Shown: piece by piece, positions 30,323-38,945 of the stretch
How positions within the stretch are numbered: position 1 is the stretch's first letter
Layout: each line of letters starts with the position of its first letter
From: Candidatus Bilamarchaeaceae archaeon
GTDB taxonomy: Archaea > Micrarchaeota > Micrarchaeia > Anstonellales > Bilamarchaeaceae
Assembly: GCA_038870635.1 (NCBI GenBank)
Contig: JAVZJR010000002.1
Location: 335 to 64,334 of the forward strand
Direction: 5' to 3'
DNA: 64,000 nucleotides
Notes under the pieces: model-generated
Told to the model about the DNA's origin: nothing
The model's database searches: none
The model's input: only the letters and a program-made list of their open reading frames with translations
Program-made: the position numbers and the translations under genes

Positions 30323-31835
30323 TAAACTTTATCAATGCGTTTATAAACGCTACCGTAATGACCATGGATACTGCAGGAGCAAAAAAACCAAAAAGCGATA
30401 TTGTTGCGATGTAGTCTAATATAGTCATATATTGACTAATCATTATGAGCATGATGGTTCCTTCAAATACTAAGGGTTGAAGAGCTATGGAAAGTGTTTG
30501 GGCTGCAGATGAACTAAATACGCCTACAATTTTTGGAATTAGAATTGCTGGCGCGCTTAATGTAAAAAAGTTAACGCCACAGATGTGCGCTATCAGCTCT
30601 ATTGGTTCTCGATATGTGATACCTATCTCGTTAAACACTATTGCGTTTATTATATATGTAAGGGGATAGACAACTTGCAATCCTATAACTATGGCTAAAA
30701 GAAAAGCGCCAGCATCTTTTGTTGGCGGAAAAAAACGTAGGACAGCACCTGCGGGCAAGAGTAATGGCACAACTAGCGCATCTATTATCAAAAGCAAAAG
30801 CAATTGTGCTTTTAAACTTCCCTCCAACATTATAAGGCTGTTTGCTAAAATTCCAGAAAGAGTGGTAAACGTATCCATTCCTGGATAGATTTTATATACC
30901 GTGCTCAGTACTGATTCACCTGTTCTCTTATAAAATGTATTTAGTACAGAAGTGCAGACTTGGATTGTATAGCAATCTGTTCTTGCTATTTCAGTATCTT
31001 TTATTATTTTTTCTAAGATTAAGGCTGCTCCTGCAGGTACGCTGGGAGCTTTTTCTAAACCACTTATGCCGGAGTTCTTCATTAAATTGTTGGCGAACTC
31101 TGTGCTCACCGAGAAAAATCCAAATATAAATATTATTATAAGTATTGCGCTTGTAAGATCGGATAGTTCGACTGTAAGGTATGCTTCCCATTCTGGTACT
31201 TTTAAAACCTTTGAGGCCAGATATGTAATGAGTACAATACAGCCTATCATCACTATTATAAGAGCTAAAATTTGCTTGTAAAAATCAGTAATTGGTATGG
31301 GTATCTGTAGAGCGAATTTTGCAATAACTTCGAAAAGAATTATATATAAAACCGAAGCCATAATAGTTGCAATTATTATTGTTTGTGACCAATCTGTTGC
31401 CTTTGCTCTAGTTTCTGCACCAAAAAGTTGGCCAACTATATATACTAAAGCTGCTGTAATAGTGAGTAGTATTATGAGGTTTAGTAATGAATCTCTAGCA
31501 AGTCTTGCTACTTCAACTATCATTTTGTCAAGTGTTAGTGTCGGTGCTCCACCAGTGACCCAATTAGGCAAGAATGCATATAATAGAATGAGAACAATAG
31601 TAGATACGAAACTTGCAGCTATAAGAGTCTGCGCCCAATTTTGTATTTTTGCTCTAGTTTCTGCACCAAAAAATCCTGCTAAAATATAGGCTGTCGCAGA
31701 CACCACTAAGGCAAGCATAACTAATCCTATCAAAAGTGCCTCTACTGTTCTTGCCCAATCCGTGGCAATGTCTAACACACTTTGCCCAGCCACCAAAGAA
31801 AAAAACAAAATTAAAAACAAAAGCGTTTTTTTCAT
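30306..31835 (-). CDS. Polytopic membrane protein, paralog 5 of 6, with two extra N-terminal pilin-like hairpins
   Basis: Two FGAETRAK..W units, then YLASKVLKVPEWEAYLTVE; GAVLRFFPPTKDAG..VVYP. Confidence 0.75.
   Translation of the reverse strand: MKKTLLFLILFFSLVAGQSVLDIATDWARTVEALLIGLVMLALVVSATAYILAGFFGAETRAKIQNWAQTLIAASFVSTIVLILLYAFLPNWVTGGAPTLTLDKMIVEVARLARDSLLNLIILLTITAALVYIVGQLFGAETRAKATDWSQTIIIATIMASVLYIILFEVIAKFALQIPIPITDFYKQILALIIVMIGCIVLITYLASKVLKVPEWEAYLTVELSDLTSAILIIIFIFGFFSVSTEFANNLMKNSGISGLEKAPSVPAGAALILEKIIKDTEIARTDCYTIQVCTSVLNTFYKRTGESVLSTVYKIYPGMDTFTTLSGILANSLIMLEGSLKAQLLLLLIIDALVVPLLLPAGAVLRFFPPTKDAGAFLLAIVIGLQVVYPLTYIINAIVFNEIGITYREPIELIAHICGVNFFTLSAPAILIPKIVGVFSSSAAQTLSIALQPLVFEGTIMLIMISQYMTILDYIATISLFGFFAPAVSMVITVAFINALIKFIVKRD
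31402..31672. repeat. 25-bp identical direct repeat inside paralog 5 (31402-31426 and 31648-31672)
   Basis: tttgctctagtttctgcaccaaaaa, encoding FGAETRAK on the minus strand. Confidence 0.9.
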
Positions 31836-31838
31836 TTT

Positions 31839-33125
31839 TCACACCAATTTTGACAATCCGGGCAATTCTGCTTCTCCCCCTATGAGCAACGCAATATTTC
31901 TGTACATCGTAACTGTTATCATTATCTCGGCTACTGTGGACACAGTGACAACTACAAACAGTTCTGCTAATTTTACTATTTGATCGGTTAAAAGAGTATA
32001 TATGCTTAATGTCATGCCAACAGGAAATAATATGCTTCCAGAACCAAAAAGATATTTTAAAAATCCACCGCTATATGTAATCATTTCTTTCGTCGCTTGC
32101 CATATCGCATCTAAAAAAGGACCAACTACAGGTATATTGGTGCTTACTTTTACTAACTTATCAACAGCACATAGCATATATTTTGCTGCTTTTGCCAAAT
32201 TTGAATCACTGTCTATTATTCCGCATGCATTTTTAGCCGCACTTGCAGCTTCTGCTCCTTTTTCACTTCCCATCTTTTCTTGAATGGCTTGGTCCTTGTT
32301 TTTGATATCATTTATCATATTATTTATATCACTTTGACTCATTTGTGTTTTGAACGGACTAGCTTGTTCGATATAGTTGTAATCAAACTTTAATCCGTAA
32401 ACATCAAATATTGTATAGAAAGAAAGCATTACTGCAAGAGGATATACAAAATATAATGCAAAACAAACTGCTATTATTGTTGAACCAGTAGTTCTTGTGA
32501 AAGGATTCGACCGCAGTACTATGCCAAATGGGAGTAGTACGAGAGGTATAACATTTTTAACAAAAATCATAAGAAGGCTTTTTCCCCATACAGCTAGTAC
32601 AAGTAAGCCGACACCGTCTACGACAGTAGTGAGCGCGTTGCTTATTAGTCCTATTCCACCATATGGTGCGATGTAAAGTGAAAATAAACCGATGCCGCCA
32701 GGCAGTGTCCCGAGGTTAAAGCTTAGTGTTGACATAAAACCCAAAAAGAAGTCTATAAGAGCCAATCTTAGATAAAGCGAAAATAATTCATTTCTAAATA
32801 CTTCTAATTGTAATAATGCCAGATTGATATGGCCAATTGGCAAGCCCTTAAACATACCGCTTTGCACTTCGGCTGTATTTATCAACGCAGATATAACATT
32901 AAACAAAAAGCTATCAAAGCTTAACCAAAAAAGTATTATTACTAAAGAAAAAATGAATGCTGCTATATTTTCCTGTGCTAATGCTTTGTGATCAGGATGT
33001 TGAGTAATCGAAGCAAAAATATAAAACATTAAAGCAAGCGCTATTGAAATTACTAGGCAAATGCCTATTATTTGCCATGCTCCGGTTGGCAATGACATTA
33101 GTATTAATGGGAACGACAGTAACAT
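31839..33125 (-). CDS. Polytopic membrane protein, paralog 6 of 6 (first in operon)
   Basis: YIFASITQHPDHKALAQE; GIVLRSNPFTRTTG..FVYP; IGGEAELPGLSKLV. Confidence 0.75.
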   Translation of the reverse strand: MLLSFPLILMSLPTGAWQIIGICLVISIALALMFYIFASITQHPDHKALAQENIAAFIFSLVIILFWLSFDSFLFNVISALINTAEVQSGMFKGLPIGHINLALLQLEVFRNELFSLYLRLALIDFFLGFMSTLSFNLGTLPGGIGLFSLYIAPYGGIGLISNALTTVVDGVGLLVLAVWGKSLLMIFVKNVIPLVLLPFGIVLRSNPFTRTTGSTIIAVCFALYFVYPLAVMLSFYTIFDVYGLKFDYNYIEQASPFKTQMSQSDINNMINDIKNKDQAIQEKMGSEKGAEAASAAKNACGIIDSDSNLAKAAKYMLCAVDKLVKVSTNIPVVGPFLDAIWQATKEMITYSGGFLKYLFGSGSILFPVGMTLSIYTLLTDQIVKLAELFVVVTVSTVAEIMITVTMYRNIALLIGGEAELPGLSKLV

Positions 33126-33212
33126 AATTACCTTGTTTTATTATATTATGGCTACAAATAAAAATATATGTAATTTAAGTTTTAATGAACAAATATTTCG
33201 AGCGGGATTTTT

Positions 33213-34505
33213 ATGTATAGGACACATTATATAAACGAAGCAAAAAAAGAGGTTGACAAAAAAGTAACGGTAGCAGGTTGGGTTCATGATATGCGTGATC
33301 TTGGAAAGATAAAATTTATACAATTACGAGATAGAAGCGGTATAATCCAGGTTCTTATCAAAAAAGGTATGGTGCCAGACGAGTGTTTTTCTTTTTCTTA
33401 CAATAAAGAAGATGTTTTTTCTTTTACTGGTATTGTGAAAGAAAGCAAAATCGCAGCAGCAGGTGTGGAGCTTGTTGCAGAGTCTGTGCAACAGCTAAAT
33501 AAAGTTGAGATAAAACTACCTGTTGACCCTACTGGTCGAGTACCCGCAGAATTAGACACTCGTTTAGATTATAGATATATTGATTTGCGCAAGAGGGAAG
33601 TAGCATTGTTATTTGAAGTTAAATCAATTGTTGCAAATTCTTTTCGAGAGCGTCTCATTCGCTATCATAATTTTGTTGAGATTCATCCCTCTGCGATAAC
33701 TGGTGCGGCTACCGAAGGAGGCGCAGATGTTTTTCAGTTACAATACTTTGAGAATAAAGCATATCTTGTGCAATCACCACAACTTTACAAGCAACTTGCG
33801 GTCATTGGAGGTTTTGATCGCGTGCTCATAACAATGCCTGTTTTTAGAGCGGAAAAGCATAACACTACTACTCATCTTAATGAAATAACTCAGATGGACA
33901 TAGAGATGGGTTTTGCGGACCATAAAGATGTTATGAAAATTCTTGAGGATGTTGTTTTATACATTCTTACCGAAGTTAAAAACAATCTAGGCGAAGAGAT
34001 AAAAAATACTTTTGGTGAAATCTCTGTTCCTTCTTCTATTCCTCGTTATACTTACACCCAGCTTGTAGATAAATTAAATTCTGAAAACTTTTCCATGAAA
34101 TGGGGCGATGATTTCTCAAAAGAAGCTGAGAAAAAAATCTCTGAAATATTAAAAGATGAACTTTACTTTATATATGATTGGCCTACTGAAGTACGTGCGT
34201 TTTATTCTATGCCATCCCCAGAAAATGATAAGATATGTCACGCATTTGACCTTATGTACCGTGGTTTAGAAATATCAAGCGGCGCTCAACGTATTCACCA
34301 GCCAGCAATGATAGAGACACAATTAAAGAAAAGAGGACTTAATCCTGCCAATTTCGAGTTTTATATAAAAGCATTTCGTGCAGGAGCACCACCACATGCT
34401 GGTTGGAGCATTGGTTTGGAGCGTTTTGTTATGAAGATATGTAATCAACAAAATATTCGGGAAGCAATGCTTTTCCCTCGCGATAGAACCCGTCTTTATC
34501 CGTAG
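33213..34505 (+). CDS. aspS: Aspartate--tRNA ligase (archaeal type)
   Basis: GWVHDMRDLG, YLVQSPQLYKQ, FRAEKHNTTTHLNE, GAPPHAGWSIGLER. Confidence 0.95.
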   Translation: MYRTHYINEAKKEVDKKVTVAGWVHDMRDLGKIKFIQLRDRSGIIQVLIKKGMVPDECFSFSYNKEDVFSFTGIVKESKIAAAGVELVAESVQQLNKVEIKLPVDPTGRVPAELDTRLDYRYIDLRKREVALLFEVKSIVANSFRERLIRYHNFVEIHPSAITGAATEGGADVFQLQYFENKAYLVQSPQLYKQLAVIGGFDRVLITMPVFRAEKHNTTTHLNEITQMDIEMGFADHKDVMKILEDVVLYILTEVKNNLGEEIKNTFGEISVPSSIPRYTYTQLVDKLNSENFSMKWGDDFSKEAEKKISEILKDELYFIYDWPTEVRAFYSMPSPENDKICHAFDLMYRGLEISSGAQRIHQPAMIETQLKKRGLNPANFEFYIKAFRAGAPPHAGWSIGLERFVMKICNQQNIREAMLFPRDRTRLYP

Positions 34506-34513
34506 TGGTTTTT

Positions 34514-35254
34514 ATGAAAACAATAGCTGTAACCAATGACGATGGGTATACTGAAGGAGCAATGATTCTTTTACGCATTGCCAAAAAGCATGCAGAAAAA
34601 GCATATGCTGTTTTACCAAATCGTCAAAGAAGCGCGATATCCGCTGCCCTTACTCTTCACAAACCCCTTCGCTTGATAGAACATGAGAAAGATGTGTATA
34701 CCCTTAGTGGAAATCCTGCTGATTGTGCGATATTTGCAATCCATTCTAAAAAATTTCCAAAACCAGATATGATATTGTCAGGTATAAATTGGGGGGATAA
34801 TGCAGGCATGTCCCCACTCATAAGTTCAGGCACTATTGGTGCTTGCTGGAAGGCAGCTCTTTATAGTGTTCCCTCGATTGCGTTCTCTCTTTACAAGGAT
34901 CCAAATGACCGCCTTGGTTGGCTAAAAGCAGGTAATTGGAGAAGCGAGTTGCTTGAGAAAAAAGTAGAAGAAATATTTTTGATGCTAAAGCCGAAACTTA
35001 AAAATGGTATCTTCTTTGTTGTTAATCTTCCTTCTGTTGAATATCTCGCGAATGCGAAGATAGTGTATCCAAAAAAACTTCAACCTGTTCGTTTTAGTGT
35101 TAATATAGACGAGCGTTTTGACCCATACGGTCATCCTTATTATTGGATAGGGGGCGAGGGGAGGGACCCTCTTGAAGGAAGCGACCTTTATGAAATTGCG
35201 ATTAATAAAAACATAACCATAAAGGAGATACGCATTTCATCTCTTGTTGATTAA
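34514..35254 (+). CDS. surE: 5'/3'-nucleotidase SurE
   Basis: VTNDDG, RQRSAIS, SGNPADC, SGINWGDN, SGTIGA. Confidence 0.93.
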   Translation: MKTIAVTNDDGYTEGAMILLRIAKKHAEKAYAVLPNRQRSAISAALTLHKPLRLIEHEKDVYTLSGNPADCAIFAIHSKKFPKPDMILSGINWGDNAGMSPLISSGTIGACWKAALYSVPSIAFSLYKDPNDRLGWLKAGNWRSELLEKKVEEIFLMLKPKLKNGIFFVVNLPSVEYLANAKIVYPKKLQPVRFSVNIDERFDPYGHPYYWIGGEGRDPLEGSDLYEIAINKNITIKEIRISSLVD

Positions 35255-35274
35255 GAAAGATATTTTAATTTTGG

Positions 35275-35907
35275 TTGAGAAATATTTGCATGGCGTTGTT
35301 GTCTATAAAACCAAAATCGAGATATACGAAAGATGCTGTTCTTGCAGAAATAGAGAAAGGGGATATAAAATCTGCTTCTAAAATAGTTTTTAATTTCACA
35401 CATAGCGATAAAGAAAATTTTGAAAGCAAAAAAGAGGTAATTAAAAAATTTTGCGACAAATACGGTGAAAAAGCTTTGAGTTATATCTACGACTATGCTT
35501 TTAGGATTTATGGGCTTACATTTACTTCTCCGCAAATTTTTGAGAAAAAATATCCACATCTTGTTGATGAAATAAAGTCTCTTGCATATGGCTTTTCTTA
35601 TTTTGGTTATGATGGTTTTAGGGCAATCGCTCGTCTTGTTTATTCTTCAGTACAGCCAAGTGTTAATGTTTTTACGAATAATTATCCTCTTTCTGTTTCT
35701 TTGGCTTATGCAACATGTATTTTGTTTAAAAAAGAAAAAAAGAGTAGTGATGAAATGTATAATCACATAAAGGAGTATTTGCTTAAAGGTGACTTAAAAG
35801 AAACTTCAAAATTAGTTTTTGTTACAATGATAAAGCTGCTTGATTTTTCAGATAAATTGAGAAGCGATGGTGATATACCTGAAAAAACTAAAAATATGTT
35901 AAGGTGA
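35275..35907 (+). CDS. Hypothetical protein
   Basis: 210-aa ORF; internal repeat KGDIKSASKIVF / KGDLKETSKLVF. Confidence 0.6.
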   Translation: MRNICMALLSIKPKSRYTKDAVLAEIEKGDIKSASKIVFNFTHSDKENFESKKEVIKKFCDKYGEKALSYIYDYAFRIYGLTFTSPQIFEKKYPHLVDEIKSLAYGFSYFGYDGFRAIARLVYSSVQPSVNVFTNNYPLSVSLAYATCILFKKEKKSSDEMYNHIKEYLLKGDLKETSKLVFVTMIKLLDFSDKLRSDGDIPEKTKNMLR

Positions 35908-35911
35908 GAAA

Positions 35912-36967
35912 ATGCCTGCTCTTAAAGAATATAGAGAAGATGAGAATCCTGCTCAAAAAATAGGGGTCGCTGCTCAACAGTTAATCCAAATAAAGGAAGT
36001 TGCGCAAGGAAGAATGAGCCACCCAACCCTAACGCAGCAGCAAGCTCAAAAGATTTATGAGAAGTATGGTGATGCCATAGATGGATTGATAGCTCTTTCT
36101 AAATTGCAACTAACTAAACTAAATTATTTAGAAAGCAGCGTTTTAGAAGAAACGTTGTTAAAGGCCGCTGGTAAGAGTTTGGCAGTGTTTGCATCTGTTG
36201 GTTATGTTTACGCTAAAGCCATTGAAAAAGTTGGTCCCTATGTTCCTCTTATTGGGGGAGAGGTGAAGGTTGCTACACCACAACAGATAAGAGATGCCTA
36301 CTATGCAGGAGACGAAATGGTAGAGGAAAAGCGAAAAGCGCTAGATAGGTATAACAACGCAGTTTTTGTTCTTAACAAGAGCTTTGAAGACATATCAAAA
36401 AATTATGTAGCACTTGTAGAAGCAATTGTCAGTGGTAATGAATCTAAAATAAATTCATATACTGAAAAGTTAGCAAATTCTATGAAGGAAAGCGCTAAGG
36501 CGTTGCAGGATGTTAAGATTGCTGCCGAGGGGGTCGGTTTAACATCACAAGCAATTGGGGGCGCACTTGGCGTTTACAAAGATTTTTTATTAGAAATCGG
36601 CGTTACTGTGGCGATGATGGGTGTGACTAAAGTCGGGATGAGTGCTGTTGGTAAAGGGCTTAAGTATATCGCGGATACCCCACAAGTTCAAAAAATATTG
36701 AGCGCAATTAGTGAAGGAGGTGTTGGCACAGCTCGAAGTATTGCTCAGGGAAGTAGTGGATGGAGTAAAGCTGTTTTTGGATTTGGGAGGAAAACAGCTG
36801 AATTTGTTAGTAAAACAGCTGAAAAAAAATGGGTGAGGCCCACCGGCAAATTAGTTAAGGGCAGTTATAAAGGAGTTAGTGCTGCTGAAAACTTTTATTA
36901 TGAACTTAACACACAAAATAAGTCGAATAATGCTAATCAATTAGAGTTGGCATCAAGTTTATTTTAG
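35912..36967 (+). CDS. Hypothetical helical protein with coiled coil and Gly/Ala-rich hydrophobic hairpin
   Basis: 351-aa ORF, 4 nt after the previous stop; hydrophobic stretch AIGGALG..IGVTVAMMGVTKVGMSAVG. Confidence 0.65.
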   Translation: MPALKEYREDENPAQKIGVAAQQLIQIKEVAQGRMSHPTLTQQQAQKIYEKYGDAIDGLIALSKLQLTKLNYLESSVLEETLLKAAGKSLAVFASVGYVYAKAIEKVGPYVPLIGGEVKVATPQQIRDAYYAGDEMVEEKRKALDRYNNAVFVLNKSFEDISKNYVALVEAIVSGNESKINSYTEKLANSMKESAKALQDVKIAAEGVGLTSQAIGGALGVYKDFLLEIGVTVAMMGVTKVGMSAVGKGLKYIADTPQVQKILSAISEGGVGTARSIAQGSSGWSKAVFGFGRKTAEFVSKTAEKKWVRPTGKLVKGSYKGVSAAENFYYELNTQNKSNNANQLELASSLF

Positions 36968-37926
36968 ATTTCAATTTTTTTCTCAAAAGGGATAACCCCG
37001 TTTCTATACAGATATTTTTTGATAGCTATCTCTTCCTGAGTTTGTGGCATATATCTTAAATAAGAATCTTCTCTTTTGCGTTCATCTTTAAAGTATTTAA
37101 AGAGTTCTAATGCGAGTTGTATCATTTCGTCTGTCTTTATTTTTGCAATGAATCGTGCTGCCAAGTCCATATATTTTTTTTCATAAAGAAGCTCTGCAAA
37201 ATCCATAAGCCATTCTTCTTCTTTTTGACCCATTAGTCTTTCGCAAGTATAAATAGCAAAAATTTTTGCTTCTCTATAAAGTTCTTCTATTTCATTTTGT
37301 ATTTCGCCAACTTTGTCTGTTAATATAGCTGGTGAATCAATTAATTCATTTCGATCTCTTTCTATTTTTTGTACTTTTTTTATTAAATTGGCTATTATCT
37401 TGCGAAATTTCTTCTTGTATTTTTTTGTAGAAAATTTTATATCGTTTTTTTCTATTTTTTGTATTATTGTTTTTACGAGATCGTGTCTTACATCGTAAAT
37501 AAATCTTTGGTCATCACATATCTCTATTATTTTTTCGGCAATCATGGTTGGATTATACTCAAATAATACTGTCATGTAGCGAGCGTATCTAAATGGTTCT
37601 ATTTGCAAGCCATTTATCATTTGTTTTGGCAATTTTTTTATTTTTCCATCTTTAATCCACTCACCGAGAAGTTTGTATGCTTTTAATCGCACTCGTTTGT
37701 CTTCCTCTCTGTTCGCAAAGCAGAAAACCAAACAGTTGGCCTCGCTTGTCATATTGAATTCCTTAATCCAGGAGAGGGCTATTATTTTTTCAGTTATGGT
37801 ACTTTTTTTATCAGTTAATACGCTACTTATTTTTGGTATCATGTTTCGTAATTTTTTTTTATTTCTTCTCATCTCTTCTTTTAAAGCATTTAGTTCCATT
37901 ATACTTTTTTTATTTAAAAATGACAT
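36964..37926 (-). CDS. Helical-repeat (HEAT-like) hypothetical protein, paralog of 37944-38879
   Basis: Aligns by eye with neighbour: S.VL..EK...L..IK..N...E.DK...L..W...K..K.PK...G; C-terminal YL...[VI][IV]PF. Confidence 0.6.
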   Translation of the reverse strand: MSFLNKKSIMELNALKEEMRRNKKKLRNMIPKISSVLTDKKSTITEKIIALSWIKEFNMTSEANCLVFCFANREEDKRVRLKAYKLLGEWIKDGKIKKLPKQMINGLQIEPFRYARYMTVLFEYNPTMIAEKIIEICDDQRFIYDVRHDLVKTIIQKIEKNDIKFSTKKYKKKFRKIIANLIKKVQKIERDRNELIDSPAILTDKVGEIQNEIEELYREAKIFAIYTCERLMGQKEEEWLMDFAELLYEKKYMDLAARFIAKIKTDEMIQLALELFKYFKDERKREDSYLRYMPQTQEEIAIKKYLYRNGVIPFEKKIEI

Positions 37927-37943
37927 CTTAACACTCCCTTTCT

Positions 37944-38879
37944 TTATGATTTCCGTTGTTCATTTGGTAAAAAAGGTACTATATTTTTATTTAGAAGATA
38001 ATTATACAATTTTTTTTGAATTTCTATTAACTTTTCTTTATTAGGTAGATTTAGAACATTGTTTACTTTTTCGATATAATTGTATATTTGCACAATTGTT
38101 GGTACTTTTTCACGATCTTCCATTTGACTATTCATAATGAGATCTACAGCTGGTGCAAAAAATTTAAGTTCTAAGAGTGTATCAAGAAGAAAGAAAATTG
38201 GCGCATAATCATTTTTTTGTAACTTGTAATGCTTTATGATGTCAGCGGTGATTGTTGCATCAATATATATTTCGCGCATCTTTTTTTCTAATACTCCATC
38301 TATCAAAAATTGTTTAAGTTCTAAATATTTCTTTAATTCAACAAGCCTCTCTGTTGTTTTAAAAAGTCTTTTGGAGAAGCATGAACTTTTAATCTCTACT
38401 TCATATTTTTTTGTTAAATTTTCTATTAAGAGATGCAAGTATATTTTATTTTCTGCCTCTATACTATCTTCATTCAAAAGGTTTATTGTTTTATTTACAA
38501 AGAGAGATGGTGAAAATTCTGCAAGAAAATAGAAGAGATAATAATAATCTTTTTTATTTTTCTTTATACCTTCGCTTAACGCTTTTGGTATTTTATTAAG
38601 TTTTTTGCTTTCAAACCAATTTTTTAATGTCTCTAGTATTGTCGACTTTATGTATTTATCTTTCTCTTTTACGTAAAGACGAATGAGCTCATTAGAGAAG
38701 ACAACTAAATTATGCTTTTTTATATATGCTAACACTACTCTTTTTTCAACAAAAGTGTCCCCTCTTTTTAGCACTTCACTTAACAAAGGCTCTTGCTTTT
38801 TAATATCTTTTCCTAGGTTTTTTGTGTTCTCTACTTTTTTCTTGAATTCAATTAATTTCATATTTCGGTTATATTTCAA
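37944..38879 (-). CDS. Helical-repeat (HEAT-like) hypothetical protein, paralog of 36964-37926
   Basis: Same shared pattern as the adjacent ORF. Confidence 0.6.
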   Translation of the reverse strand: MKYNRNMKLIEFKKKVENTKNLGKDIKKQEPLLSEVLKRGDTFVEKRVVLAYIKKHNLVVFSNELIRLYVKEKDKYIKSTILETLKNWFESKKLNKIPKALSEGIKKNKKDYYYLFYFLAEFSPSLFVNKTINLLNEDSIEAENKIYLHLLIENLTKKYEVEIKSSCFSKRLFKTTERLVELKKYLELKQFLIDGVLEKKMREIYIDATITADIIKHYKLQKNDYAPIFFLLDTLLELKFFAPAVDLIMNSQMEDREKVPTIVQIYNYIEKVNNVLNLPNKEKLIEIQKKLYNYLLNKNIVPFLPNEQRKS

Positions 38880-38945
38880 GTAGAATCACCCGCTTTAAAT
38901 ATCGTAATGTATTATATTATGTTATAATTTGTTTATAAATGTTGC

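Noticed and set aside
25564-33125. ABC/MFS transporter or archaellum/type IV pilus operon
   Set aside because: No Walker A/B ATPase, no MFS motif, no class III signal peptides and no TadC/ArlJ-like partner seen
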